This document shows positions 14,743-28,330 of a stretch of 64,000 nucleotides of DNA, piece after piece; positions within the stretch are counted from its first letter, which is position 1, and each line of letters starts with the position of its first letter. Source of the DNA: Lama glama (lineage: Eukaryota). The stretch covers positions 40,550,001 through 40,614,000 of the forward strand of contig CM052817.1 in the NCBI GenBank assembly GCA_028534125.1, written 5' to 3'. The notes beneath the pieces were generated by a model. The model ran no database searches. It saw only the letters and a program-made list of their open reading frames with translations, and was not told the origin of the DNA. Both the position numbers and the translations under genes were made by a program.

Positions 14743-15415
14743 GTATGGTCTCTTCCAACTTCATGTACCAGCGTAAAGATTAAAGTGGAAAACTTCAGAC
14801 TTTGGCTTCTTTTTTAATCTTTTTGAAGATTAAGTGTCTTAACTTAAATGGTTTTTTACAGGAGTTAAAGTACATAAATGCCTTTTTACAGCTTAATCAT
14901 TTTGGTCTTCTGTTTAGTGTTGTATTTCAATTGTGGAGCCTCATTTTAAGTGTTCATTCTTTAAGATTTAATGCTTGCTTTTTCTTTTTATAGCTAATAG
15001 TGAAATCTACAAACCAAAACAAGAACTTTAAAATCTGGGATATAAATTAAAGATCATATGCACATAGCAATTTGTTTTCTTGCAATACAAACCCATTAGA
15101 AATTCATGTTTGTGATAAATAGCATTCTTCATGGCTTACTAGAGATGTTTCTAGTAGACCTTGCTCTAGCACAGTTCAACCTGTGAATATGGGAAGGTTA
15201 TGTTCCCAGATTTTCTAAGTAAATTTAAAATCATTTGGGAACTTGAGGGTGAATTTATTAATTACTGAAACTGCACTTTGCCAATGAATTTGCATGTGAT
15301 CTTTAATTATTGAAGAAAAGAATAAAGTGAGAACTTAAAACAATTCATGAAAGTGGACCTTTGAAAGCTTGTCAGAGTTGCACAAATCTAATTGCCGTTT
15401 TGTTTTTGTTTTTAG

Positions 15416-17200
15416 GAGGAGATTGCTAAAGTAACCCGTCTTGCAGGACGACACTGAAGATTGGTCTCCTGTTGATCTAAGATGATAATTTTGTAAAAGA
15501 CTTTCTAGTGTACAAGACACAACTGTGTCCAACTGTATATAGCCGCCAATTAGTTTTCTTTGTTTTTACTTTGTCTTTTGCTATCTGTGTTATGACTCGA
15601 TGTGGATTTGTGTTTATACAAATTTTATTTGTATGGTTTCGTGTTAAACCTCAAATAAATGCTTCCTTATGTGATTGTTTTTCTGCGTCAGGTACTAAAT
15701 AGCTCTGTAAAAGTGTAATTTTAAATAAGCAATAATTAAGGCACAGTTTATTTTGTAGAGAGTATTGATCCATAGGGAGAAACTGGTCTTTTATAAATAG
15801 CCAGCTACGGTGTTTACTCTGTTCCCCTTTTTTGTTAGATGTATTCTAAGCTCTAAGGCTTCATTTTTCTGTTACCTGAGGCTTCCACCATACCTTTAAG
15901 TAATGTTTCCTCTGTATATCTGGAGACTTTGTCATGAAAATCTTCATGACATAGTGTTGTGATTAGTGGAAACTTTCTAGTAGACCATGAATCTTGGTTG
16001 TATTTTGAAAAGTAATTTTCTGATGGCACAGAGCATGCTGGTAACTCCTTTTTATGAATAGAAAGATTTTGATTTGTTCTTGTCTCTGGAAGGTCATTTG
16101 TTAGGATTTGCTATATTCTAATCAGTGGTCTGCTAGAAAGTGCTTTGACTAATAATCATAATACTTAACTTTTGTTTTCTTGATTAAAATGTCCAGATAT
16201 ACACAGGGAAAAGCACTTAAACTGTGATAGGAGCTACAGTTTAAGAACATCAGATGTAGTTACATTTAACAAAGGGTTTGGCAAATAGGTATACGGTTAT
16301 TAAAGTTTGAGCAAAGATTAGGTTAAAATATTTGAAGTAGTGGCTGAGTAAATTAAATTGTATACTATTCTGTTGGTATTATGTCACAGCAAGCACCAAA
16401 CTGAACAAAATGTTTTCTCTTGGGGCATTGTTAGGAAGCTATATTGGATGTTAACTGTTACGTGGTGTAAGTTTATAGACGTCACGATAGTAGGTTTCAT
16501 CATTTTTAGTGCAGTTAGTGCATGAGCTGAGTAGTTACCCATATTCAGACATAGGAAGGAATAGTGGGGAAAGGTATACTTTAAACCTTATGTAAGTGAA
16601 AACCTAGGTGTGACCAAGTCATTACAGCACATCTTCTAGTGCATTAGAAAGAGTGGTGTTAGCTCTAGATTTTGGAGGAAATCCTTGGTAAATTCAAGCT
16701 TTGAATTTTACATTCAGTGTAGTTAATGAATTTAAGGTTTTCGTTTTATTTCTGTGGTTCTGTGTTAGCCACTAGACTGGCATACATGTTCACATGTGGA
16801 ATAGTTGACCTCACCTTCAACCAAGTGTAAATTTTTTATGTTAATGAACCTGCCTTTTTTTTGTTGTTTTATTTGGTGCCTGCAACTTCCTTTGTTCCAA
16901 TGTTTGTACTTGCTGGGCTATCAAGTTACAGTGCTTTTGGCCTTGTTTTGCTCCTGTTTTGCTCTTTGACCCTACACCTAGGCCAAGTACCAATGTTGGC
17001 TATTACAAGCGATTGTTCATTCTTTCAACATGCCAACCTTAGGGAACAGAAAGGAGATTTCAAGTTGTGTTGTCAAAGTCAGTAGGTGCAGTGTCTTAGG
17101 GCAGTGAATCCTGTAAGTTCAAATTTATGATTAGGTGGCAAGTTGACATTGAGATTGTCCTTTCCCTGATCAAAAATGAATAAAGGCTTTTTAAACAAAA
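15416..17200 (+). other. HNRNPDL: HNRNPDL terminal 3'-UTR exon with proximal and distal polyA signals
   Basis: Strong acceptor ttttgtttttgtttttag|GAGGAG at 15415/15416; AATAAA at 15654-15659 and 17179-17184 (another at 17572-17577); U-rich sequence with no recognised repeats. 3' end inferred. Confidence 0.75.
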
Positions 17201-20200
17201 TCCAAACTCTTCAATCAAGTCTTGATATATGACTTTGAAGAAACACTACATCTGGATATTACTGTCTGAGATCTTTTAGAAAAACTGAAGCACTTAGGAC
17301 AAACGTACTCGACTAGCCTGTATATTCTCAAATACACTCCCTGACCTGTTTTGTCCAAGTTCTGTGTGTCACTTCATTAGCAGTTTTGCTGATGTTAATG
17401 TTAACATTAACAAAATTAACTATAATCTGTAGTCTTAAAGCTCCGTTTACAAGATTAGGGGTTAAGTGTTAAGATGTTTACGGGGATACTAATACTAATA
17501 AGCAGAGCTTTTATTCCTTTGTCTTCCATGCTTTTTCATAATGGTGACAGACTAGACACTTCGTTAATCTGAATAAATTTCAATGCAAAGAAACCTGAGA
17601 AATTAATTGCTGTGCATTGGCAAGATTTGAAGCCAACCATAGGATTAGGTGATTCAAGGATACTGCAATTACATAATTCCATTTTAAATGCAGTTTATAG
17701 TTATAGGAGATGAGTGTGTTTTTTCTACCATCTGAATTTATTCTAGGGATAAGCAATGTCAGGAAATGTTTTGTAAAATTACCTAAAACTTCCAACCTAC
17801 TAGAATTGCCATTGACTGTGGTCTCAAATTTTTTGAGCAGAAGCAGTACAACTCTGTAGAATCGTTCAAAAATGTATTACCATACAATATGGGCTATTAG
17901 CATTGGTTGGGTTTTTTTCTGTCCTGAAATAGGTGTGGGATTTCAGTGAGTTTGGGTTGTGTAGCAAAAAGTTAAACTTTGACATCCCCACCACTGCGTT
18001 TTATAAACTACAGGAAAGAATATAAGGGTGTTCTGCAGATTACAGAGTAATGCTGAGCATTCTGAAGGTTATGTTCACTTTAAGTGGCAGTTTTAATTCC
18101 TGGCTTTACTCTTCTGTCTACTCATTTTGAGACGAGTACCACCATTTGGGGAGGCATAGCATAATCAGGGTGATGGGACTTAGGTGTGGTTTGCAAAGGG
18201 ATACTTGATCTGATTAGAAGTCTAGAAATTCCAAATAACAATGCTGAAGATTTTCATTTATCAAATGTCCAGCACATGTAAGAAATACGTGAAAAGTACT
18301 GTACTGCAGACAAGTTTTCTCATGTTGACCTAGTGGTTATCTCCTTTTGAGAATCTGACCAAAAGTGAGTTTTATTTGTGTCATACATAAATGTTTTACG
18401 TGTAGTCTCAAGGAAATTGCAAACTTTGAAAGCTATCTAGCTTAAAAGGCTCTTGAAGTTGGCTTTTATGGTGACAAATGGACTGAAATTTATTGGATTT
18501 GCTACTAACTGATGAGGTTGCTCAAAGGGAGTTTTCACATGTTCTCTACTTGTAATTATGCGTATTGGCAGGTGAACACTCACACAGGGTGATTCTTCTA
18601 TTGATGAGACAGGGAAGGCCAACCCCACAAAAGGACCTCTGCAAAACCATGATAAGTCCCCTGATTTTTCAAGTTGGGGAAGTTAGTTAGTTGAAAATAC
18701 CAACTTACAGGTCTTACCAAGCATCTCAGGCCTAGATACAGTGTTTGCCACTTTGGGAATGATCTTTGAGCAGTAAGATTGGTCTTTAATTTACAAGTAC
18801 TGATATCTTTTGTAGGAAAGTAGGATTTTCTTACAGTTGATTGATTCTTGTTCTGATGAAACTGCATCCTAGATAATGTGGAGCAACTACTAATTCCCAT
18901 GAGAGATCTGTCCTATGGAGTTGATAGTGGTTACTTTGGTTAATCTTGAACCGTGGGACATTTGGAACATGGAAGTTCTTCACAGACCATGAAGGCAGAG
19001 TGATGAAGGGAGTGTGTGATAGTAGGGACTGAAGTGTTTTAGGGTAGTTACAACATTTTCATTACCAGGAAACCCTTTTAATATTTTCTCTCCATGGACT
19101 ATGTTTTGAATGGCTGTACATGTCATATATTGCTCTCATTATATAGTGACATTTCTATTAATCAGAGGCATATTAAAAACAAAAAAAAGATGTCAATATC
19201 TAGAGTGATCATTAGCATCATACCACGAACTTAATATGATGCCAGCTAAAATCAAAGAAGCAATATTTTCATTAGCTTGTACAGATTTTTTTAAATGATG
19301 TGATTTCTATCAGACTTTAAAAATAATAAGAATTTGTATTCTTTCTAGGACTTTAGAACTACACTTAGCACGTCATTGGCAATAAGGGAAAAGAAAAGGC
19401 ATTTTGAGTATGCATTACTTTCGTAATCTGGAAAACTGATATTTTAAAATATTTGTATGGTACAATTATAATTTTTTAATATATGCATTTGAATGACCAT
19501 CAGAAATAAAGAGACCCCAAAATTACAACTTTGAGCTCATTTAAAATGTCTATTTTTTCATATAGTCTAGTTATAATCCATGTAAACCTAGGACTTAGAG
19601 CCTGTCATAACTGAGAATAACTCCACTCTGACCTAGGTCTTCCCTTATTCTTTTGATTAAAGTTATTTTAATTATTATTAGCATGATGCTTTAGAACACC
19701 AAGATATAGACATAGCAAGAGTTTGTTATTTTCCCTCAATTCCCCATCTAAGACAATGACAAATTCACACATACCATTTTACTTCAAATTCTCTGCTATT
19801 GGTGGGGTTTTGGGGGTTTTTTTTTTTCCCCCAATTCCCAGGCCCCAGAGAGAGGAGGGTCTTAGTGTTGGTGGCAGGTACACAGATTTTCCATTGACCC
19901 ATAGCCAAGATTCATGGTACAATCAGGGTAGTGTTTTGGTTTTGTTTTTTTCCTTAACCTGAATCTTTCAAAATTCTGGTGTAAATATTTGCCACTTGAA
20001 ATCATTCTTGTTCTTCATTAAGGATACCAAGAGGCAAATTTCTCTCTGCCTTTAATAGAAAAAAATCAAGCACTCTTAACCAGGAAATATGCAGGCATTA
20101 ATATCTGTTCCCTTGACAATTCTCCTGGGAAAGATATGCAAACTCCTAGTATAACTTCATTAAGAACAATGGTCATAGTTATTAACTCCATTTATTGCCA

Positions 20201-20397
20201 TAAGAAAGGGAAAAAACATTACATGGAGATGTCAAAGGTTCTCAGAATTATTCCATAAGTCAGTGCAAAGGTCACATCCTTTTTTTATTGGTATTACATG
20301 TCTACATTTCCATGCATTAGCGCAGTCCTTCATATGGTGTAAGAGTATGTAGTCAGATGTATATATATGTACATCTCTATATTAGATAAAAGGCATA

Positions 20398-23391
20398 CAG
20401 GCATACCTTGGAAATACTGCAAATACTGTTCCAGACCATTGCAATAAAGCAATAAAGTGAGCCATACAAAATTTTTTTCCCAGTGCATATATAAAAGTTA
20501 TGTTTACACAATTCTGTAGTCGATTAAGTGTGCAATAGCATCATGTCTCCAAAACACCAATTTTAAAATACTGTATTGCTAAAAATTTCTAGCCATCATC
20601 TGAGTCTTCATTAAGTTACAATCTTTTTGCTGGTGGAGGGTCTTACCTCAGTGTTAATGGCTGCTGACTGATCAAGGTATTGGTTGTTGAAGTTTGGGGT
20701 GGCTTTGACAATTTCGTAAAATATAACAAGCTTGCCGCATTGAATTATTCTTTCATGATCAATTTCTCTGTAGCTTGTAATGCTGTTTGAATGTTATTTA
20801 CCCACAATAGAACTTCTTTCAGAATTGGAACCAATCTTCTCAGACTCTGCACTACTTTACCAACTAAGTTTATATAATATTCTAAATCCTTTGTTGTCAT
20901 TTACAGATCTTTACAGAATCTTCAACAAGAGTAATTTCCATCTCAAGAAACCGCTTTCTTTGCTCATCCATAAGAAGTAACTCCTCATTTGTTAAAGTTC
21001 TATCATGAGATAGCAATTCAGACACATCTTCATTTCTAATTCTAAATCGCTTGCCATTTAACACCACATCTCTCAGCTGAAATTTTGAACCCCTCAAAGT
21101 CATCTATAAGAGTTGGAATAAACTTCTCCCAAACCCCTGTTAATGTTGATATTTTGACCTCTTTGCATGAGTCACAAATGTTCTTATGGCATCTGAAACA
21201 GTAAATCTTTTCCAGAAATTTTTCAATTGATTTGCCCAGACTCAACAGAGGAATCAAAATTGATGGCAACTCCAGCCTTATGAAATGTATTTCTTCAATG
21301 AGACTTGACAGTTGAAAGTACTCCTTAATCCATGGGCTACAAAATGGATATTGTGTTAGCAGGCATGAATATAACATTAATCTTGTTGCACATCTCCATC
21401 CAAGCTCTTGGGTGACCAGGTGCATTGTCAATGAGCAGTAGTATTTTCAAAGGAATCTTTTTTTCTGAGAAGCAGTTCTCAACAATGGGCTTAAAATATT
21501 CAATAAATGATGTAAACAGATGTGCTTTCATCCAGGCTTTGTATCATTTATAGAGAACAGGCAAATTAGATTTAGCATAATATTTAAGGTCCCTAGGATT
21601 TTTGGAATGGTAAATGAACATTGGCTTTAGCTTCAAGTCACCAGCTGCATTAGCCCCTAACAAGAGAGTCAGCCTGTCCTTTGAAGCTTTGAAGCCAGAC
21701 ATTGACTTCTCTCTAGCTATGAAAGTCCTGGATGGAATCTTCTTTTCAATATAAGGCTGTTTCATCCACACTGAAAATCTATTGTTCAGTGTTGCCACCT
21801 TCATGAATGCTCTGAGTTAGATCTTCTGAAGAACTTGCTGCAGCTTCTACATCAGCAATTGCTGCTTCACTGTGCCTTTTACGTTATGGAGGCGGCTTCT
21901 TTTCTTAGACTTAAAGAACCAACCTCCGCTAGCTTCAAACTTTTCTTCTGCAGCTTCCTCACCTTTCTCAGCCTTCATAGAACTGAAGAGAGTTAGGGCC
22001 TTGCTCTGGGTTAGGCTCTGCCTTGAGAGTATGTTGTGGCTTGTTTGATCTATCTGGATCACTCAAATTTTCTCCATACCAACCACAAGGCTGTTCTGCT
22101 TTCTTATCATTCATGAGTCCACTGGAGTAGCACTTTTAATTTCCTTCAAGAACTTTTCCTTTGTATTCACAGCTTGGCTAACTGTTTGGTACAAGAGGCC
22201 TAGGTTTTGGCCTATCTCAGCTTTTTTCCACTAAGCTTAATCATTTTTAGCTTTTGATTTGAAGTGAGGGACATGTGACTCTTCCTTTCACCTGAATACT
22301 TAAAGGTCATTATAGGGTTATTAATTGGCCTAACTTCAATATTGTTGTGTCTCAGGGAATAGGGAGACCTGAGGAGAGGGAGAGAGATGGGGGAATGGCC
22401 AGTTGGTGGAGCACTCAGAACACATGCACTTATCGATTAAGTTTGTCTTCCTCTCAAAAAACTAAAAATAGACTTACCATATGATCCAGCAATCCCACTT
22501 CTGGGCATATATCTGGAGGGAACACTAATTCAAAAATATACCTGCACCCTAATGTTCAGAGCAGCAATATTTACAATAGCCAAGACATGGAAGCAACCTA
22601 AATGTCCGTTGACAGAGGAATAGATTAAGAAGTTATGGTATGTATGTATACGTATGTGTACACACTACTCAGCTATAAAAAAAGAATAAAATAATGGCAT
22701 TTGCAGCAACATGGATGGACCTGGAGATGGTCAATCTAAGTGATGTAAGCCAGAAAGAGAAAGAAAAATACCATATGATATCAATTATATGTGGAATCTA
22801 AAAAGAAAAAAAAGGCACAAATGAACTTATTCACGAAACAGAAATGACTCACAGACATAGAAAACAAACTTACGGTTTCCACAAGGGAGAAGGAGTGGGG
22901 TGGGAAGGGATAAAATGGGAGTTCGAGATTTGCAGAAAATACTATGTATAAAATAGATAAACAACAAGTTTCTTCTGTATAGAACAGGCAATTATATTCA
23001 ATATCTTGTAGTAAACCTATAATGAAAAAGAATATGAAAAGGAATATATATGAATATGTATGATTGAAACATGCTGTACAACAGAAATTGACACATTATA
23101 AACTGACTATATTTCAATAAAAATTTTTCTAATTAAAAAAAAGTTTGCCTTCTTAAATTACAATAGTAAATCAAAGGTCACTGTTTACAGATCACCATAA
23201 CAAATATAATAATAATTAAAAACTTTGATATATTTTGAGAATTACCAAAATGTAATACAGAGATATTAAATGAGCAAATGCTGTTGGAAAAATGGTGCTC
23301 ATAGACTTGCTCAATGCAGACTTTCAATTTGGAAAAAAATGCAATATCTGCAAAGAACAATAGTGAAGTGCACTAAAATGAGGTATTCCTG
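20398..23391 (-). mobile_element. Near full-length Tigger1 DNA transposon (decayed pogo-family transposase) with nested L1
   Basis: TA|CAGGCATACCT at 20396-20408 and AGGTATTCCTG|TA at 23381-23393 (TIRs plus TA TSDs); minus-strand ORF fragments [61 protein letters not shown]; frameshifted. Confidence 0.93.
22451..23140 (+). mobile_element. L1 3' end (ORF2 C-terminus plus 3' UTR) inserted in Tigger1
   Basis: ttaccatatgatccagcaatcccacttctgggcatata..gccaagacatggaagcaacctaaatgtcc..; ends aataaaa..aaaaaaa; TSD AAGTTTGYCTTC at 22439-22450 and 23141-23152. Confidence 0.9.
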
Positions 23392-24045
23392 TATAATTTT
23401 TCAAAAAATATTTACTTGCCTTTAACTATGGCCTAAATAATTCAGACCAATCCTTCTGAAGAAAATTAAGTAGGATAAAATACTTTAACATCTATATAAA
23501 ATAATTGGAAGAGTTAAAAAAGATAATGAGAAGTTTACTTGGCCAAAATCTAAGAGAAAGTCAAAACTTGGAGAAGCAAGCCCAGCACTCAAAGCTGGAT
23601 TTGATGCGCTTACTGGACAAAGGGCACAGAAGCCAAAACCATAGACAGAACCACAGGTGAAGACTCTGATATACCATCGCTCCATTAAACTAAGGGCTCC
23701 CAAAGGGCTACACTCTCAGGACAAGAGGTAACCAAGTTCCCTCACCTGGGCAGTTAAGGAAACTTTAACCTCAGAACTTAAACAGTCCTAGAAAGGTAAG
23801 GGCCCTCAAGTGCCTGGAAGAAGTAAATGAAAATCATTTCTTCATCCTAGGTTTCTGATTGTTTCTACAAATATTTTTTCAAACATAATGACTAGCACAT
23901 AAATAAATTAAAGCCACCAAAAGTGAGAATCAACACAAACAATGGACAATTCCAGGAGGTATCAAGCCTCCATGCTTATTATGTTGAAATAATACATAAG
24001 CTTGAAAATATCTCCAGGGAAGAAGGAACTATAAAAGCAACATAG

Positions 24046-24201
24046 TGGGGGAGAGTATAGCTCAAGGGGTAGAGTGCATGCTAACATGCATGAGGTCCTG
24101 TGTTCAATCCCTAGTACTTCCTCCAAGAATAAGTAAATAAATAAACCTGATTACCTACCACCACCACCGAAACACACACAAAAAACAAAAACAACAACAA
24201 C
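24046..24201 (+). mobile_element. Vic-1-like SINE, long-tail form, with TSD
   Basis: tRNA-Ala-like head; tail aataaataaacctgattacct..; TSD AAAGCAACATAG at 24034-24045 and 24202-24213. Confidence 0.88.
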
Positions 24202-24213
24202 AAAGCAACATAG

Positions 24214-24650
24214 CAGATCTGATAAAGAATCAAACAGAACTTACACAAATAAAACAATAATAAATGTAATTAAAAACAAAAGATAAGTGGGTCTAACAAC
24301 AAATTGGATGCAACTTAAGAATTACAGAACTGAAGGATAAATGAAAGATAACTATCCAAAATGTAGCATGGAAAGACAAAAACATGAAAATTGCCATAGA
24401 GAATCAGTGACATAAAGGATACAGGGGGTAGATATAACATATTTAATTGGTGGTTTAGAAAAAGAGACAGAATAAGAGGCAATATTTGAAGAGATAATGG
24501 CTGAAGTTTTTTCAGAGGCCTGGAAGACAATCTACAGATTCAGTATACTAAAAAGCTGCAAGTAGGCAAAATACAGAGAAATCTATATAAAACTACATCA
24601 TGGTGAAACCAAAATATTCAATCACAAATAGAAACTCTTAAAAGCAACTA
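24214..24650 (+). mobile_element. Old L1 ORF1-region remnant
   Basis: gaactgaaggataa..actatccaaaatgtagca..acatatttaattgg..gcaatatttgaagagataatggctgaag..ctacagattcag, typical of L1M ORF1. Confidence 0.65.
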
Positions 24651-25654
24651 AATCTAGATCCAACTACCAGTAAGTAAGAAATACAAGAAATAACAGGCAC
24701 ATGTTAAACTACCATAAGGATGCAACCATCCCAATCTATAGAGTGTGGAAAATTAAATTGTTAGAATGTCCCACTCCTTCAAAAACTAAATGACATGAAT
24801 AAAGTGGGGAGTGGAGGTGGTTCTAAGATTAAAAGACTTATGGTAAATGTATTATGGTAAGCAAGCATTTAAAGTACAGATCACTATTCTTTAATTGTGA
24901 CATAGTATAAATTTTATGGAAAATGGAGACTACTTTCCCATGTTTGGGGAATTCCCACCATAAGAGTCTTGGTGAGAAGCAAAGAGTACCACTCAACATC
25001 ATATTTTAAAAATCAATTTTTCCAGGCTCCTTGATAGCCCGCGCATAGATATCTCAGCTCTATCAGTCAGAATTCTCCTACATTAGACTTTGAGACAGGC
25101 ACTAGTGAGTCAAATTGATTTAGTGGAGTCAAGGCTAGGACAGGTGGCAGCCGTAGTGGTAGCTACTTTTTCAAATGAGCAGCAGTACTAGCAGCGACAT
25201 CCAAGATCGAGCATTGATGATGTCAATGTTGAAAGCAGTGGGATCTGTGGACAGCAGGAGCAGCAGCAATAGAAACAGGGTGGCTTTATGGAGCCAGTTC
25301 TGTGGTCTGATTTTGGAAATAGTTCCTGGATGAGAGTTCCCAAGTGTGGCTTTCCAACTTTTCCTGGAGAGTCCAAGGTACTAAAATAGTCACTATTAGA
25401 TTCGTTTTTGGCTTAAAAAAGTAAAATAAAAACAAGAGAGTGAGGAATGGATATATAATAGATGTATTAATCATGAGAACTGCCAGAATACCAGAGTGAG
25501 GACGTCCAAAATTTCACTGCTCCAAAGCCATGAGAATAGTGGCAAAAATTATCAAAATCAACTTTTTCAGAACTCTGGAAATAAAGTCTTGCAATAATCC
25601 AAGGAGCATTTTTTTTAATGACTGAATCTCAGAACAGTAAGCTTTGTGACATTG

Positions 25655-27600
25655 TAACTTCCTTATGAGGGAATACAATGAACAACTGAATACCAACAAA
25701 TTAGATAACCTAGTTGAAACAGGCAAATTCCTAGAAAGACAAAAACAACTGAAACTACCTTAAGAAGAAATAGAAAAACTGAACAAGTCATTGAATTAAT
25801 AATTAAAAAAAAACTTTCCATGAAGAAAATCCTAGGACTAGAGGCTTCACTGGTGAATTTTACCAAACATTTAAAGAATTAACACTAATCCTTCACAAAC
25901 TCTTCCAAAAAACAAAAGAAAAGGGAACACGAGGTTGCTGGATACAAGATCAATATACAAAAATCAGTTTTATTTCTGTTCACTAGCAATGAACAACTCA
26001 AAAATGACATTAAAAAACAATTCTTTTTACAATAGTATCAAAAAAGAAGGAAGTGCTTAGGAATAAATTTAACAAAACAAATGTGTGATTTGTAAATGGC
26101 TATAAGACATTGTTGAAAGTAATGAAAGAAGACCTAAATAAGTGGAAATATAATCCATGTTCATGGATTGAGCTTAATATTGTTAAAAATGGCAATACTC
26201 TCCAAATTGATCCAGAGATTCCATGTAATCACTATCAAAATCTCTGCTGGACATTTTGCAGATATTGTCAAACTGACCTTAAAATTTTTATGGAAATGTA
26301 AGGGACCCAGAATAGCCCAACAATCTTGGGGACAAAAGAAGAAATTTGGAGGACTCACACTTACTGATTTCAAAGCTCCCTATAAGCTGCAGTAATCAGG
26401 ACAGTGTTGTACTGGCATAAAGATAGACATATAGATCAATGGAATAGAGTTAAGGGTACAGAAATAAATCTTTAAATTTATGATCAATTGAGTTTAGACA
26501 AAGTTGCTGGCACAATTCAATGGGAGAAGAATAGTATTTTCAACAAATAGTATTGGGACAATTTGATATCTACATGCAAAAAAATGAAGTTGGACACCTA
26601 CCTCATATAGAAAAATTATATGCAAATATGCAAATAGTGACATATCTAAATGTAACAGCTAAAACTAAAATTCTTAAAAGAAAACATAGAAGCACTGGAA
26701 TAAATCTTTGTGACCTTGGATTAGGCAATGCTTTCCAAAAGTACAGGTGGCAAAAAAAAAAAAAAAACCAGAGAAGAAAAGAAAAGAAATCAGATAAATT
26801 GGATTTCATCAAAGTTAGAAATGTTTGTATGATAAATCACAGAGAAAAAAATGTGACAATGAGTGTGTATATGTCCATGAATGACTGAAAAATTGTGCTG
26901 AGCACTGGAATTTGACACAACACTGTAAAATGATTATGAATCAATAAAAAATGTAAAAAAAAATAATAAGTCAGTAAAAAAAAAAGAAATGTTTGTGCTT
27001 CAAAGTATAACATTAAGTAAATGAAGACAACCCACAGAAGGGGAGAAAATATTGCAAAACATGTATCTGACAGAAGACTTATAACTGGAATAAATAAGAA
27101 ACACAACTCAGAAAAAAGACAAATAACCCAATTTTAAAATGGGCAAAGAATCCAAATAGTCATTTCTTCAAAAAAGATACACAAATTGTCAAAAAGTACA
27201 TGAGAAGATGCTGATCATCAGTAGTCATTAGGGAAATGCAAATATCAAAACCACAGTGAGATACTGCTTTGAATGTACCAGATGGCTAAATAAAAAAGAC
27301 AGACAATAACAAGTTTTGACAAGAAATGTGGAAAATTAGAATTCTCATACATTACTGGTTGGAATATAAAATAGTGGAATCACTTTAGAAAAGTGTGACA
27401 TTTCCTTAAGAAGTTAAATATAGTTACCTTGTGACCCAGCAATTTCCCTCTGGAGTGTATACCAAGAAAAATGAAAATATGTCCACACAAAAACTTGTAA
27501 ACAAATGTTCATAGCAACATTATTTATAATACCCCAAAAGTAGAAACAATCTAAATGTTCAATAACCGATGGATGGATAAACAAAATGTTGTATATCTGT
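25655..27600 (+). mobile_element. Old L1 (L1M-type) ORF2 3' portion, decayed, with a younger L1 tail inserted at 26829-26984
   Basis: ORF2 remnants such as LKVMKEDLNKWKYNPCSWI, KMAILSKLIQRFHVITIKI and KFLWKCKGPRIA; nested insert flanked by TSD AGAAATGTTTGT (26817-26828, 26985-26996). Confidence 0.9.
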
Positions 27601-28124
27601 ACATTGGGCATTTTCAAAGTTGGAGAAGTCACAGATCTAGTGACCAGAAAACCCGGTGCAGGAGCTACCTACCTAGAGAGTCCAGTCAGTTTGGAAACCA
27701 CTCACATGACCAAAAGTCAGGAAGAACTCGGTATCTCTTGAACACGGTGTAGGATTGGAAGGCAGAGCCAAAGTGAAAGATTTTTAAGTTTGCTTTATGG
27801 AAAAATTTTTCCAAGTTTCATCACTAAACATCCAATTACTCTTCTAGTACTTATGAAATAGCTAAAAGTAAATGAAGTAAAGGCCTTGTTATAATTTTTC
27901 ATAAAGGTTTATAGTCATGTTTCAAATTTCCTCCTAAGTGAACATACTTTCTTGTTACACTAAGTGTGCCTAGCAAACCACTGCATTATTTATAAGTTCA
28001 GTGTTTTTATAAGGTGTCTTTTGTTTTTCATCCAAAAGAATCTTGAATTTATCTTAGAACCTTTATTCTGGGAGAAAAAAACCTTGTGATATCATAAACA
28101 GATAAGACTACATTAAGTGAATTT

Positions 28125-28330
28125 TTTTATTTTAATTTTTTTATTTTTTGAAGTATAGTCAGTTACAATGTGTCATTTCTGATGTACAGCATAATGTTTC
28201 AGTCATACATGTATATACATATATTTATTTTCATATTCTTTTTCATTATGGATTACTATAAGATAGTGAATATTTTCCCTGTGCTATGCAGAAGAAGTTT
28301 GGGTTTTTTTAATCTATTTTATGTATAGTA
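28125..28330 (-). mobile_element. Short L1 3' end
   Basis: T-rich head then gaagtatagtcagttacaatgtgtc..catacatgtatatacatatatt..cattatggattactataagata, same family as 4406-4592. Confidence 0.75.

Noticed and set aside
20897..22062. Transposase ORFs as a possible domesticated TIGD-type gene
   Set aside because: The reading frame is broken into at least five pieces by frameshifts and stops, and the element retains ordinary TIR/TA structure.
24046..24125. tRNA-Ala-like sequences here and at 612, 29160, 35941, 39961, 42697, 44890 and 52313
   Set aside because: They have A-rich tails, often TSDs, scattered stem mismatches and many dispersed copies: SINEs, not tRNA genes.
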